From positions 128,001 through 192,000 of the forward strand of contig CAWEWF010000010.1 in assembly GCA_963812605.1 (NCBI GenBank): 64,000 bases of DNA, written 5' to 3'. Numbering within the stretch: the first letter of the stretch is position 1; each line of letters starts with the position of its first letter. Shown piece after piece: positions 35,778 to 48,882 of the stretch. The DNA comes from an uncultured Verrucomicrobiae bacterium (GTDB lineage Bacteria > Verrucomicrobiota > Verrucomicrobiia > Palsa-1439). The notes beneath the pieces are model-generated. The model had not been told where the DNA came from. It worked only from the letters and a program-made list of their open reading frames with translations, and ran no database searches. Position numbers and translations under genes: made by a program.

Positions 35778-36018
35778 TTGGCAAAGAGTAGTAACAGACG
35801 ACTGACGCGGCGCAAGAGAAAAGCGGGAGGGCTCGGGAATGAGGTGGCGATGCGCGAAAATTCACTGCGAAGGCGGCAACTGCGCTTTGCTTTCTTCTGG
35901 AAATCGAATTCCGATAATGCTATATTCCGAGGTATGGTCTTGGATTGGAAGTGGAATGGCGGGACAAGATGGCGCGATTGTGAAATTGTTCGGGGTCCAA
36001 GAGGGGCTATGCGTTTCT

Positions 36019-36135
36019 GCGAAACGAACCCACCGTTTTGTGGTGAAATTTATGACGCAACATCCATTGCATATGGTGGTAACGACGAAAAATCACTGGA
36101 AATTCGGTGGGTTCGTTTTGGAAAACGAACCCACA
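36019..36135. repeat. Inverted-repeat element (AAACGAACCCAC family)
   Basis: CGAAACGAACCCACC (about 36020), GGTGGGTTCGTTTTG (about 36106) and AAAACGAACCCAC (about 36122). Confidence 0.6.
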
Positions 36136-36248
36136 TTTGAGGGGTTTTTGGTCGGTCCGGTGGCGCGAAGACAGCATTTTGGCGGAAAACGAGCCATTTT
36201 CGGGGGAGTATTAGAGGTGTTTTCGGCTCAATCCTCTGATGAAAGAAT

Positions 36249-36272
36249 GACAAGCGGGCCGCTTGTCCTACA
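36249..36272 (-). repeat. GTAG-type REP palindrome
   Basis: Minus strand reads TGTAG-GACAAGCGG-C-CCGCTTGTC. Confidence 0.6.
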
Positions 36273-36375
36273 AATCCGGCTGCGACGAACGTACGACGGC
36301 AAGCGGAGCGTTGCGCCGTCAGCACGGACTCGGCGCATCTCGTCGGACTCGGTTTGCCCTACAAGTCCGAACCGC

Positions 36376-36756
36376 TCAGCCGCCGTTGGATTCGGCCCAC
36401 TGGGCCTTGCGCTCGGCGATCAGCTTGTCGAACTTCTCCTGTTGATCGGGACGGAGCAGGACGCGCAATTTGGCTTCGGAACGGCCGAGAAGGTCTTCCA
36501 CCTGCGGTTGGATTTGCTTGCGAATGGCTTTCATCTCTCCCTGGCCTTCCGCGACGATGACGCGCAACTGTTCGCGCTGCGCCCGGTCCAGTCGCAGTTC
36601 CCAACTCAGCCGGCGGACGATCAGGTCCGCCAGCATCTGGCTGCCGTGTCCGTGCACGAGTCGATGGCGGACCAGGCCGATGGTCGTGATGCTCCCGGCC
36701 ACGCCGCCCAGGATGAAGATGGCGATGACGCCGACGATCGCTTTCCAGTTTTTCAT
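36376..36756 (-). CDS. Periplasmic Spy/CpxP/heavy-metal-sensor-like helical protein
   Basis: N-terminal TM (IFILGGVAG), ELRLDRAQREQL, LRPDQQEKFD. Confidence 0.7.
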   Translation of the reverse strand: MKNWKAIVGVIAIFILGGVAGSITTIGLVRHRLVHGHGSQMLADLIVRRLSWELRLDRAQREQLRVIVAEGQGEMKAIRKQIQPQVEDLLGRSEAKLRVLLRPDQQEKFDKLIAERKAQWAESNGG

Positions 36757-37049
36757 TGTGTTCCTCCCGAGAAGAAGTTCACCAGTGTGTTTTCATCGCG
36801 GTCACCGGCAATCGCGCTTTGCAGGTCGGTCGCGCTCGAATCGGTGTACGTCCATATCCCGAGCGCCACGACGATGGCGGCGAAGGCGGGAACCAGTTTC
36901 CAGGCGAACGCGTACCACGGCATGGACTGTTCCCGTTCCGCGCGCAGGCGCGCCACCAAACGTGTCTCGAAGCCGTACTCGGCGCGTGATGTGTCGGGTT
37001 TGTTCCCGCGCGCGGCGGCGAACAGTTTGTCCAATCGTTCATCGTTCAT
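36753..37049 (-). CDS. Putative single-TM anti-sigma factor
   Basis: Overlaps the ECF sigma stop; LDKLF.AAR, GFETRL.ARL and one TM helix. Confidence 0.65.
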   Translation of the reverse strand: MNDERLDKLFAAARGNKPDTSRAEYGFETRLVARLRAEREQSMPWYAFAWKLVPAFAAIVVALGIWTYTDSSATDLQSAIAGDRDENTLVNFFSGGTQ

Positions 37050-37587
37050 GGCTTGTCTCCAATATCTTTTTCAGGGACTGGCGCGCGCGAAACGCGCGCA
37101 CCTTTACATTCGACTCGCTCCAGCCGGTCAACTCCGCCGTTTCGCGCACGGACTTTTCCTCCAACTCCAGCAACGTAATCACCAGCCGTTCGTCCGCCGA
37201 AAGCCGGGCCATCGCCCACTGCAATACCTCGGTTGCGTCCCGGGCGCTGACATTGTCCCGCACCCCGATCTCGATCCCATCGAGCGACACGTTCTGCCGG
37301 TCACGGCGGGTCTTGCGCAGGAAATCATAACAGGAGTGGACGGCGATGCGCGAGATCCAGTGTTCGAACGGCGCCTCGCCGCGAAAGCCGTTCAACTTCT
37401 GATACGCCTTCACGAAGATCTCCTGGCAAATATCGTCGAGTTCGTGGTCGTTGCGGGCAAAACGGGCCGCGATGCCGAACACCTTGCGCTTGTGCCGCCG
37501 CACCAACTCCGCGAACGCCTCATCGTCGCCCGCGAGGGTGGACTGAATGAGGCGTTCGTCAGTCGGTTCATCGATGGGCGCGCTCAT
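37039..37587 (-). CDS. ECF sigma-70 factor
   Basis: GDDEAFAELVRRH, DICQEIFVKAY, W..RIA, ETAELTGWSESNVKVRAFRAR. Confidence 0.92.
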   Translation of the reverse strand: MSAPIDEPTDERLIQSTLAGDDEAFAELVRRHKRKVFGIAARFARNDHELDDICQEIFVKAYQKLNGFRGEAPFEHWISRIAVHSCYDFLRKTRRDRQNVSLDGIEIGVRDNVSARDATEVLQWAMARLSADERLVITLLELEEKSVRETAELTGWSESNVKVRAFRARQSLKKILETSHER

Positions 37588-37600
37588 CGCGCGACCATTA

Positions 37601-38083
37601 TTAGTCTGCCGCGATGCGGTTGGCAACTCGATGAAGGAATCCATCAATGCGTGCGTCAACATCGATCTGCATGTCCTTGAGCTTCTGCAATTGGTCCGGC
37701 GTCAGCACGGCGCGGATGTCGTGCGCGACATACGCGCGCTGCACCGCGAGGTCGGACTCCAGCGAGGCGACCTTCGCGGCCTGCGCGCGGATGGCGGTCT
37801 CGTCGATGGTCTGGGCGCGGATGGTGTCACGCAATGCGCGCCGCTCGCTTACGACCTGTTTGATCAGCGGCCCGACCGTCGGCTGGTACTTGCGGAGGAT
37901 GGTCTTCACTTCCGCTTTCTGGTCGGCGGTCACACCGAGCTGGGCCAGTTTCTGCGCGAAGCGTCCTCTGCTGAAACCGACATCGTTGGTGCTATTCGCG
38001 TGCGCGAGGAACGCGAAGAAACCGCCCACGGTGAGGACGATGATGGCTCCGGCTGCGATCAATACCTTTGTATGTGTCTTCAT
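37601..38083 (-). CDS. Spy/CpxP-family (LTxxQ) periplasmic protein
   Basis: Signal peptide, LGVTADQK, VLTPDQ. Confidence 0.85.
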   Translation of the reverse strand: MKTHTKVLIAAGAIIVLTVGGFFAFLAHANSTNDVGFSRGRFAQKLAQLGVTADQKAEVKTILRKYQPTVGPLIKQVVSERRALRDTIRAQTIDETAIRAQAAKVASLESDLAVQRAYVAHDIRAVLTPDQLQKLKDMQIDVDARIDGFLHRVANRIAAD

Positions 38084-38191
38084 ATTGTTGTCCTTTCTCC
38101 AACACGAGACGCGGCGGGAAGAAAAAGGTTACATGAACGTGTGGAAAAGACGCGAGATCGGCAGTTCAACGGATCCGCAGGATCGACCGAA

Positions 38192-39280
38192 CTAGCCGTG
38201 ATGCTCGTTTTTGAGATCGGCTTTGGCGCCCGTCTCGTGCTGCAGCCGCAACTGGCCGCAGGCGGCGTTGATGTCGGTGCCTTTTTCCAGGCGCAGGGTG
38301 CTGGTGATGCCATGCGTCTGCAGCGTGTGCTGGAACATCTTGCAGCGGTCGCGGTCGGGGCGTTTCCAAAGGAGGCCCTCGACAGGGTTGCAGGGGATGA
38401 GGTTAACTTTCGCGCGCAAGCGCCGGGCCGCGGCCCCGAGCTTATGGGCCTGCTCCAACGAATCGTTCACGCCTTCGATGAGAATGTACTCAAATGTCAT
38501 CATCCGCTTCTTCGTATTCACATAGTAGTCGCAGGCGTCGAGGAGTTCCTTCAGCGGGTACTTCTTGTTCACGGGCATGATCTTTTCGCGCACTTCATCG
38601 GTCGCGCCATGCAACGAGACGGCGAGCCGAATCTGCATGGGCTCGTCGGCGAGTTGTTTGATCTGCGGCACGAGACCGACGGTGGACACCGTAATCTTTC
38701 GCGCGCCGATGCCAAGGCCCCACGGAGCATTGATGATCCGCAAGGCGCGCATCAGATTGTCATAATTGGCCAGGGGTTCGCCCATGCCCATGACGACGAT
38801 GTTATTGACCTTCTCGCCGCTGAGTTTTTGGACCTGCAAGACCTGATCGACGATCTCGGCCGCGGTGAGATTGCGCTTGATGCCGTCGAGACCGCTCGCG
38901 CAGAATTTGCAGCCATAGGCGCAGCCGACCTGGGTGGAAACGCAGACAGTGTGGCGATCGCTGCTGCTGGTCAGCCCGGGCGTCGCGGGAATCAGCACGG
39001 TCTCGATCAGCGAGTGGTCGCGGAGTTGAAAGAGGAATTTTTCCGTTGTGTCCGTGGCGTTTCGCGTCTTGAGCGCATGGACGGCGTCGAGAGTAAAGCT
39101 GTCCGCCAGTTTTTTTCGCAGGGAGGCGGACAGGTTGCTCATCCCTTCGAACGACTCCGCTTGCTTCCCATAGACCCATTGCAGAGTCTGATCGGCGCGA
39201 TACGCCGGCTCGTCGAGATCGCGAAGGCGCTGGCCCAGTTCCTCGCGACCAAGCGATTTGAAGTCCGTCTTGGTACTCAT
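38192..39280 (-). CDS. rlmN: 23S rRNA m2A2503 / tRNA radical-SAM methyltransferase
   Basis: CVSTQVGCAYGCKFCASG, MGMGEP, ITVSTVG, LAVSLH, INAACGQL. Confidence 0.96.
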   Translation of the reverse strand: MSTKTDFKSLGREELGQRLRDLDEPAYRADQTLQWVYGKQAESFEGMSNLSASLRKKLADSFTLDAVHALKTRNATDTTEKFLFQLRDHSLIETVLIPATPGLTSSSDRHTVCVSTQVGCAYGCKFCASGLDGIKRNLTAAEIVDQVLQVQKLSGEKVNNIVVMGMGEPLANYDNLMRALRIINAPWGLGIGARKITVSTVGLVPQIKQLADEPMQIRLAVSLHGATDEVREKIMPVNKKYPLKELLDACDYYVNTKKRMMTFEYILIEGVNDSLEQAHKLGAAARRLRAKVNLIPCNPVEGLLWKRPDRDRCKMFQHTLQTHGITSTLRLEKGTDINAACGQLRLQHETGAKADLKNEHHG

Positions 39281-40428
39281 ATTTTGTTGGCCTTAAGTTC
39301 CGGCAAGGAATAATGCGTGCCGCGCCAGTCGATGCCATCATTCACCAGCGTCTTCAGCGTGGCTCGCCAGATAATGTACTGAAACAATATTGCCGTAACG
39401 GGGAAGCCCACGCAATGCCAGCGCTTCGCCCCGTGACAATGCGCATTGTCCATGTACAGGATGGCGAGCGACCCGACAATGACGAGGTTCAGCCACCAAA
39501 TTGCGCCGTGCGTCAATGTCAGAGCCACGAGTGGCCAGATAAACACCACCAGTTGGGCAATGCTGGAAGCCACGACAATGCCGAGGTTGTACTCGACGCC
39601 TGCAAACGTATTTTTTTCCAGTCCACGAATCAATTCGCCCACGGAACTGTACCATTCAACCGTAATGAGCCCGTCGCCAAGGACGAGGTCCTGGTGAAAT
39701 CCGTGCATCTTGATCAGTTTGCCGAGTTTCATATCGTCGTCTGGTCGCATTGCAATCGCCCGATGGCCGCCGATGGCGCGGTACGCTCGGCGCGCACAAG
39801 GTTGAACGCGCCGATGCCGATATGGCGTGGGCTTTCGGGTCGCGCGCTTTCCACGGTTTGGCGTACAGGCCGAAGAACAGGGCAAACGCGCCGCCAAACA
39901 TGCCCAACACCAGACCGGGCATTCGCAGTTGTGGCGTGATGGCGAGGTGGTCGATTTCTTCCGATGCAAATAGGCGACAGCGCGGCTGATTACCGAATGC
40001 TCCATCACCACATCGGCGTCCGTAAAAAGAATCAGCTCACCGGCCGCGCGTACCGCGCCGAAATGTTGGGCGTAATTCTTGCCAAGCCAGCCCGGGGGCA
40101 GTTCCACGATGTGGACAACGTGTACGCGCGTGTCCTGGTTCGCCAGGCGATCAAGAATAGTTCCGGTTCCGTCTGTCGATCGGTCGTCGACGACGACAAA
40201 CTCGAGGTTCGGATAGTCCTGCGCGAGGATGGACTGCAGCGCCGCTTCGATCTTGCGCGCTTCATTGCGGGCGGCGACGATCACGGAAACCTTCGGCGCT
40301 TCGCGGCCCTGAAATGGCGCGATATTCCCCAGCCGGGACAACGAGCGATTGCCGATGGCAAATTCGACGGCTGTCGCCAGCACCAACAGGAGCGTCGCCA
40401 CGGCGAGCCAAAACAAGAACAATGACAT
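39277..40428 (-). CDS. GT2 glycosyltransferase (internal compensating frameshifts)
   Basis: VAARNE, VDDRSTDGT, GWLGK, FTDAD, IGGH, DDMKLG. Confidence 0.88.
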   Translation of the reverse strand: MSLFLFWLAVATLLLVLATAVEFAIGNRSLSRLGNIAPFQGREAPKVSVIVAARNEARKIEAALQSILAQDYPNLEFVVVDDRSTDGTGTILDRLANQDTRVHVVHIVELPPGWLGKNYAQHFGAVRAAGELILFTDADVVMEHSVISRAVAYLHRKKSTTSPSRHNCECPVWCWACLAARLPCSSACTPNRGKRATRKPTPYRHRRVQPCARRAYRAIGGHRAIAMRPDDDMKLGKLIKMHGFHQDLVLGDGLITVEWYSSVGELIRGLEKNTFAGVEYNLGIVVASSIAQLVVFIWPLVALTLTHGAIWWLNLVIVGSLAILYMDNAHCHGAKRWHCVGFPVTAILFQYIIWRATLKTLVNDGIDWRGTHYSLPELKANKI

Positions 40429-40648
40429 GGAAGGATACTACCAGAATTCCGTGAACCGGTTCCCGAATTCCGCGCCGGTCGCTATTTCGTATTTTGACGA
40501 AGGAACGCGATCGTTGCCGGCGACGCTTGTTTCGCTGCTTGCAGACACCACGAAAGACAAGATGGAAGCCAGTGAGAGAATTGTTGGCCTTGCGCAAAAG
40601 GCCAGTGGCCGGATGAACGAAATGAATTCTTTGGAGGGGGAGTTGGTC

Positions 40649-40702
40649 TTGCGGGCATCACCGGGGACGCCAGGTTTCGGCGCCACCAGTGAAGCCCGCA
40701 AA
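40649..40702. other. Long imperfect stem-loop downstream of the poly-Lys micro-ORF
   Basis: TTGCGGGCATCACCGG-GGACGCC...GGCGCC-ACCAGTGAAGCCCGCAA self-pairs. Confidence 0.55.
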
Positions 40703-40715
40703 TGTGGAACCAACA

Positions 40716-40769
40716 TTACTTCTTCTTCTTGCCACCCTTCTTCTTCTTGCCTTTTTTCTTCGCTGCCAT
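40716..40769 (-). CDS. Putative 17-aa Lys-rich micro-protein
   Basis: ATG GCA GCG AAG AAA AAA GGC AAG AAG AAG AAG GGT GGC AAG AAG AAG AAG TAA (MAAKKKGKKKKGGKKKK), preceded by GGGGGTGAGGTGGA. Confidence 0.6.
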   Translation of the reverse strand: MAAKKKGKKKKGGKKKK

Positions 40770-40914
40770 TCCACCTCACCCCCATTCCGCTCTCAAGAAG
40801 AGCTATTGCCCTCTACCATGAACCTGCGCGCGCAATTACACCAGCACAAAAAAAGGAAAACCAGAAAATTTTTTACAAAGTTTTTTGCGCAAGACGAAAA
40901 GAAAAATTGCGCGG

Positions 40915-42729
40915 TCACGGTTGATTCCGGTTTACCAGCAGGATGCCGAAGTTTTCATTTCGCAACGGCTGGTCTCCAATCAAAGCACCGGATGATAATT
41001 CTGTTGTACCCAGGCGAACAGTGTTCGCGCGTAATCACGTCCAAAAAACTGGAAACCATATTCGGAAGTGTCTTTGTGCACGAACGCGATGTAGTCGGGA
41101 GGATGGGCGCGAAACGATTCCAGCACATGGTCTTCTCCGTAAAGGGCGAACTCCAACGGCATGAAATTCATGAGCGGGACGGAACTGGCGCGTCGCGATA
41201 GATAATTCAACATGACCCCTTCGGGCAAAACAGCCAGCGTCTCATTGCCTCGAACCGCGAAGCAATGGTCGACAGCGCCGCCGTAACCATTTCTCCGCGT
41301 GGATCGGTCAGGATGCTGTCGGCTCCTGCAGAGACGCGATGGGTTTTCCAGCGGAAGTACGACTGCTGCACAGAAAGGTGTGCGAAGATGGCGATCGTCA
41401 AGACGGCGAGGGCAGTGGCGCGAAAAACCCCGCCATTTCCTCCGCGATGGTCGATGGCAGCGGGCACCCAGCAGAGGAGGGCGGCGACCGTGATCAGGGT
41501 TGCGGGCATCGCCAGCGCGAAACCATAGTGATAGACGTGGACATTGAGAATGATCTTTCCCAATAGGACGAAGGCGTACACAAGCATGGTCAGGCGTACA
41601 ATAAGGGAAGCGCCTTCAGAAGAAGCCCGTCCTCTCTTGATAAACTCAGCAACGGAAACGAGGCCAATCCCGATCAGCAGCATTGGTAACGGACGCATCG
41701 CAGAAAGCCAGGCGATTGAACGCCAGATCACTGCCAATCCTCCCGCCACGATTGCAAATACAATCGGCAAGAGCCACGACCAGTGCACGCTGCGTCGGGG
41801 CAGCGCGAACGCGACTGCGGCGGCCATACCAAACACGACAAGATATTGTCCGAGCCACTCAAGATGGCTTTCAAACTGATGGTGATATTCGATGTTCCCA
41901 TTAGATCGCGGTAGAACTTAATGAAATCACTTTTCCGTTGATTAGACTGGTCCACGAACCCAACACGCCGACGAGAGCATGGCTTGCTCGGCATCTTCAG
42001 GCAGAGTAGGGAGAAACCAATGGCCGGCGGGATAACGGCACAACCGACAAACAGGCCGACGTCGCGGATAACGCGAGCGGCGCCTGGTCGTTCCTGCCAG
42101 AGAGTCAAACCCAGGCCCGTCGTCATCGCAAGGCACGCCGCCAATGACATCTCAGCCGAGGTCAGGAATACCAGCCCGAGCAGGATTCCGGCGCCGGCAA
42201 TCGGCGGCAACCCGCGGCGCGACAAATAGATTCGCAAACACCAAATCCCTGACAAGGACAAGAGGATGCCGTGAGTGCATTCATGGGAATACGGGCAGAC
42301 GAAATTGTAGTTCCCGATGGCGATGAATTGGGAAAAAGCGAAAAGAGTGAGAAACACCACGCAGCCGATGGTTGCCGACAGGCGGTCACTGATCAACAGC
42401 AGGATTTGATAGAGGAGATAAACGATCATCCCCAGGATCACGAGATTGCAAACAATCAGCGTGGTCACGCTCACGCCGAACAGCCGGAACCAGAGGGCAT
42501 TCAGATAAGGAGAAAACGGCCCCTTGAACCAGGCCACATCGGTATAGAGCGTCTTGCCGGCGGACAACTGCCAGGCTGCGTAAAGCTCCCTGCCAAAGTC
42601 CACCAGTACATCGGGCCATTTCCGCCAACTCCACCACGCATCAACAATTCCCACCAAGAGAATAATAAACGGGCCCAACCATCGCGTTCTGAGATTGGCG
42701 TGATCGCTGCGCGGCTCTGGGGCAGTCAT
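40915..42729 (-). CDS. Polytopic GT-C-like membrane protein, several frameshifts
   Basis: WPDVLVDFGRELY..W....GK.LY.D, YNFVCPYSHE, many TM helices, PEGVMLNYL; spread over ORFs 41728, 41207 and 40980. Confidence 0.7.
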
Positions 42730-42743
42730 TGCCGGGCCGCTGG

Positions 42744-45218
42744 CTACTTCTTGTCGCCTTTTTCTTCTTCGGCGGTTTCTGCCGCGGCTTCTTGTTGCTC
42801 GCTGATGACGCGAGCGATAGCCACCAGTTTGTCGCCTTCGTTGAGGTCGATGAGTTTGACGCCCTGGGTATTTCTTCCCGCGATCCGGATGTCCTTGCAA
42901 CTGGTGCGGACGGTCTGGCCCTGGGAGGTCGAAAGCATGATTTCATCTGTGTCGGTGACACTCAGGGCGCCGACCACGCTGCCGACTTTGTCGGTGGTTT
43001 TCATGGTGATGATGCCCTTGCCGCCGCGGGACTGGACACGATATTCATCGAACGGGGTACGCTTGCCGATGCCGTGTTCGCCGGCGACGAGGAGCGTGGC
43101 ATTGGTGTCAACGATCTCAACGCCGATGACGTAGTCACCTTTGTCGGGGCGAATGCCCCAGTTGCCAACGGAGGCACGGCCCATGTCGCGCGCTTCTTCT
43201 TCATGGAACCGGATGCTCATACCGTCCTTGGTGACCAGTACGATTTCATTATTGCCGTTCGTCAGTTTCACGCCAATGAGGCGGTCACCCTGCTCGATCT
43301 TGATGCCAATGACGCCGCCTTTGCGGGGGTTGGCGTATTCACCGAGGTTGGTCTTCTTCACGATGCCGACCTTGGTCGCCATGAAGAGATACTGTTTGTC
43401 GGTAAACTCCTTGACACGGATGAGCGCGGAGACTTTCTCCTCCGGACGAAGCTGGAGGAAGTTTGCGAGGCTCTTGCCTTTTGCCGCGCGGCCCATCTCC
43501 GGCAATTCATACACTTTCTCCACATACACGCGTCCTTCCTCAGTGAAGAACATGATGTAATCGTGGGTGGAACAGGTGAATAGGTGCTCGATGAAGTCCT
43601 CTTCGCGCTGTTCCATGCCCATGACGCCCTTGCCGCCGCGACGTTGCGAGCGGTAGGCGCTGACGGCAGTGCGCTTGATGTAGCCCTGGTGGGAGATCGT
43701 GACGATACAGGCTTCGTTGACGATGAGGTCTTCAATGTTGATCTCGCCTTCATCGGCGACGATGTCCGTGCGGCGCGCGTCGCCGTACTTCTCTTTGACT
43801 TCGACCAACTCGGTCTTCACGACAGCCATCAGCTTTTTCTCGCTGGCCAGCAGGCTCTTCAGGTATTCGATGCGCTTGATGATTTCCAGGTATTCTTCCT
43901 CGATCTTGTCGCGTTCGAGGCCGGTGAGCTGATAGAGGCGCATCTCGAGGATTGCATTGCACTGGACCTCGGACAGCTTGAACTTGTCCATCAACTTCTT
44001 CTTCGCATCCTCGCGGTCGTCGGCGTTACGGATGATCTTGACGACGGCATCGATGTTGTCGAGCGCGATGCGGAAACCTTCGAGGACGTGGGCGCGCTCC
44101 TCGGCCTTCTGCAACTCGAACTTCGTGCGGCGAGTGATGACTTCGCGGCGGTGCGCGATGTAGCACTCGATCATCTGCTTGATGTTCATGATGCGCGGCC
44201 GACCGTGGTCGATCGCGAGCATGATGACGCCGAAGCTGTCCTCGAGTTGCGTGTGCTTGAAGAGATTGTTGATTACCACCTTCGGGATGGCGTCGCGCTT
44301 CAATTCGATGACGACGCGGATGCCGTCCTTGTTCGATTCGTCGCGGATGTCGCTGATGCCGTCGAGCTTCTTTTCGTTGACGAGTTGCGCCGTGCGCTCG
44401 ATGAGCGAGGCCTTGTTGACGTTGTACGGGATCTCGGAAATGATCAGGCGCTCTTTGCCGCCCTTGACCTCTTCCACGCCGATGCGGCCACGAATCTTAA
44501 GGCTGCCGCGGCCGGTGAGCAGGTAATCCTTGATGCCCTGTTTGCCGCAGATCTGGCCGCCGGTGGGGAAATCAGCGCCCTTGACGAATTTGGCGACTTT
44601 TTCGAGTTCCAGTTCCGGCTCATCGATCAACGCGCAGCAGGCGTCGATGATCTCGGTGAGGTTATGCGGCGGGATATTCGTGGCCATGCCGACCGCGATG
44701 CCCGTGCTGCCGTTGATCAGAAGATTGGGGATGCGCGCGGGCAGGACGACCGGCTCCACTTCCTTCTCGTCAAAATTGGGCTGGAAATTGACCGTGTCCT
44801 TGTCGAGGTCGGCGAGCAATTCCTCCGCGATCTCCTTGAGGCGGCATTCCGTGTAGCGGTAGGCCGCGGCGGGATCGCCATCGATCGAGCCGAAATTACC
44901 CTGGCCGTCAATGAGCGGATAGCGCATCGCGAAATCCTGCGCCATGCGCACGAGCGTGTCGTAAACGCTGGCGTCGCCGTGCGGATGGTACTTGCCGAGC
45001 ACTTCACCGACGACCTTGGCGCATTTGGAGTAGGAGCGGTTATGCAGCAACCCGATCTGGCGCATCGCGTAGAGCACGCGGCGGTTGGACGGTTTCAAGC
45101 CGTCGCGCGCGTCCGGCAGGGCGCGCCCGACGATGACCGACATCGAGTAATCGATGTAGGCCTGCTGCATCTGCTCGCTGATGTTGACCGGCGTGACCTT
45201 CTCGTTTTGTGCGTACAT
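42744..45218 (-). CDS. gyrA: DNA gyrase subunit A
   Basis: [26 protein letters not shown], GyrA-box QRRGGKG. Confidence 0.97.
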   Translation of the reverse strand: MYAQNEKVTPVNISEQMQQAYIDYSMSVIVGRALPDARDGLKPSNRRVLYAMRQIGLLHNRSYSKCAKVVGEVLGKYHPHGDASVYDTLVRMAQDFAMRYPLIDGQGNFGSIDGDPAAAYRYTECRLKEIAEELLADLDKDTVNFQPNFDEKEVEPVVLPARIPNLLINGSTGIAVGMATNIPPHNLTEIIDACCALIDEPELELEKVAKFVKGADFPTGGQICGKQGIKDYLLTGRGSLKIRGRIGVEEVKGGKERLIISEIPYNVNKASLIERTAQLVNEKKLDGISDIRDESNKDGIRVVIELKRDAIPKVVINNLFKHTQLEDSFGVIMLAIDHGRPRIMNIKQMIECYIAHRREVITRRTKFELQKAEERAHVLEGFRIALDNIDAVVKIIRNADDREDAKKKLMDKFKLSEVQCNAILEMRLYQLTGLERDKIEEEYLEIIKRIEYLKSLLASEKKLMAVVKTELVEVKEKYGDARRTDIVADEGEINIEDLIVNEACIVTISHQGYIKRTAVSAYRSQRRGGKGVMGMEQREEDFIEHLFTCSTHDYIMFFTEEGRVYVEKVYELPEMGRAAKGKSLANFLQLRPEEKVSALIRVKEFTDKQYLFMATKVGIVKKTNLGEYANPRKGGVIGIKIEQGDRLIGVKLTNGNNEIVLVTKDGMSIRFHEEEARDMGRASVGNWGIRPDKGDYVIGVEIVDTNATLLVAGEHGIGKRTPFDEYRVQSRGGKGIITMKTTDKVGSVVGALSVTDTDEIMLSTSQGQTVRTSCKDIRIAGRNTQGVKLIDLNEGDKLVAIARVISEQQEAAAETAEEEKGDKK

Positions 45219-45231
45219 AATTTGATTCCTG

Positions 45232-45621
45232 CTATTTCCCCAAAAACAGCTTGGTGGTTGTTAAAAAGTTCTCAGCATCGGCCATCAATTCTTTCAATCG
45301 CTCACAGCCCGGCGGCGGTTTGGAGCCGAAGTCGGCGTCGTGGTGCAACTGCGTGGCGCGCTTGAAACGCTCCCCGAACTCCTGGGGGATCAAACCCGTC
45401 TTCACGAATTCGCGCTGGAATTTCGCGGCGACATTGCCGTCACGGGACGGGCCGAATTCCTTCGTCGCGAGCAACGCGCACGCGCAATAGAACATCGAGA
45501 AATACACGCGGTCCGTGGCGCCGCGGCGCATCTTTTGACCGATGAGCAGACGCGCCTCGTTCAGGCTCTCGTCGGCTTGTGTGAGCCGTAAATGAATCAA
45601 GTCTTGGGCCTCGGGCGTCAC
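45232..45621 (-). CDS. HEPN-domain protein, degenerate motifs
   Basis: A.ESL.EA..L, ATDRVYFSMFYCACALL, F..EFVKTG, HHDADF (the usual form is R..ADY). Confidence 0.75.
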   Translation of the reverse strand: MTPEAQDLIHLRLTQADESLNEARLLIGQKMRRGATDRVYFSMFYCACALLATKEFGPSRDGNVAAKFQREFVKTGLIPQEFGERFKRATQLHHDADFGSKPPPGCERLKELMADAENFLTTTKLFLGK

Positions 45622-45630
45622 GGCGTAAAT

Positions 45631-48253
<2,623 letters not shown>

Positions 48254-48399
48254 TTAAATTCCCCCTCCTTGAAACAACTCCAAAATAGTACCAAATCTCA
48301 GCCTTGGTCTGCAATCAGAATCATCACTTTTTTTTCAGTGTCTAACTAACGATGCGCGTGAATGTTCTAGCAAATTGATTGCTTTCGAAAAAGTGTGGG

Positions 48400-48427
48400 T
48401 TGACAAGGTGTGTTCTTGTGTTAAAAT
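48400..48427 (+). promoter_or_regulatory. Sigma70-like promoter of the Rrf2 gene
   Basis: TTGACA-16 nt-TAAAAT with TG just upstream of the -10. Confidence 0.65.
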
Positions 48428-48458
48428 AAAGCATCTTTAGCAAGATACTAATGATTGA

Positions 48459-48878
48459 ATGAAAGCATCTGTAAAAAGTGATTACGCGTGTCGCGCGGTG
48501 GAGGCCCTGGCCCTTCATCACCCGAACGCGCGTCCGCTGCGCATCGAGGAAATTGCGGAGCGAGAGGCGATTCCGGCGAACTATCTCGTGCAAATCCTCA
48601 TCGAGCTGAAAAGCAAGGGGCTCATCCAGAGCTGGCGGGGAAAAGCCGGTGGCTATGCCCTGGCCAAGACCCCCCGCGAAATCACGGTGGGCGATGTTTT
48701 GCGGGCGGTACAGGGCGATGTGCTGGAGATGCCGTTACTCCTGGAATCGCGCTGCCCCGAGGAGATCAAACGCGCCTGGCGACGGATCAAGGAGGCCGCC
48801 GAACAGGCAGCGGATGATGTTAATTTTGAGGAGATTTGCGCGGAGGCGAAGAATCGGCCGGAAATGTACTACATCTAG
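48459..48878 (+). CDS. Rrf2-family transcriptional regulator (CymR-like)
   Basis: KSDYACRA, EIA....IP.NYLVQIL..LK..GL..S.RG..GGY.LAK, C-terminal MYYI; lacks the IscR three-Cys set. Confidence 0.9.
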   Translation: MKASVKSDYACRAVEALALHHPNARPLRIEEIAEREAIPANYLVQILIELKSKGLIQSWRGKAGGYALAKTPREITVGDVLRAVQGDVLEMPLLLESRCPEEIKRAWRRIKEAAEQAADDVNFEEICAEAKNRPEMYYI

Positions 48879-48882
48879 GCCG

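Noticed and set aside
40438-40785. 115-aa minus-strand ORF (MGVRWNGSEEK...)
   Set aside because: No motif or RBS; the low-complexity tract is better explained by the poly-Lys micro-ORF in another frame.
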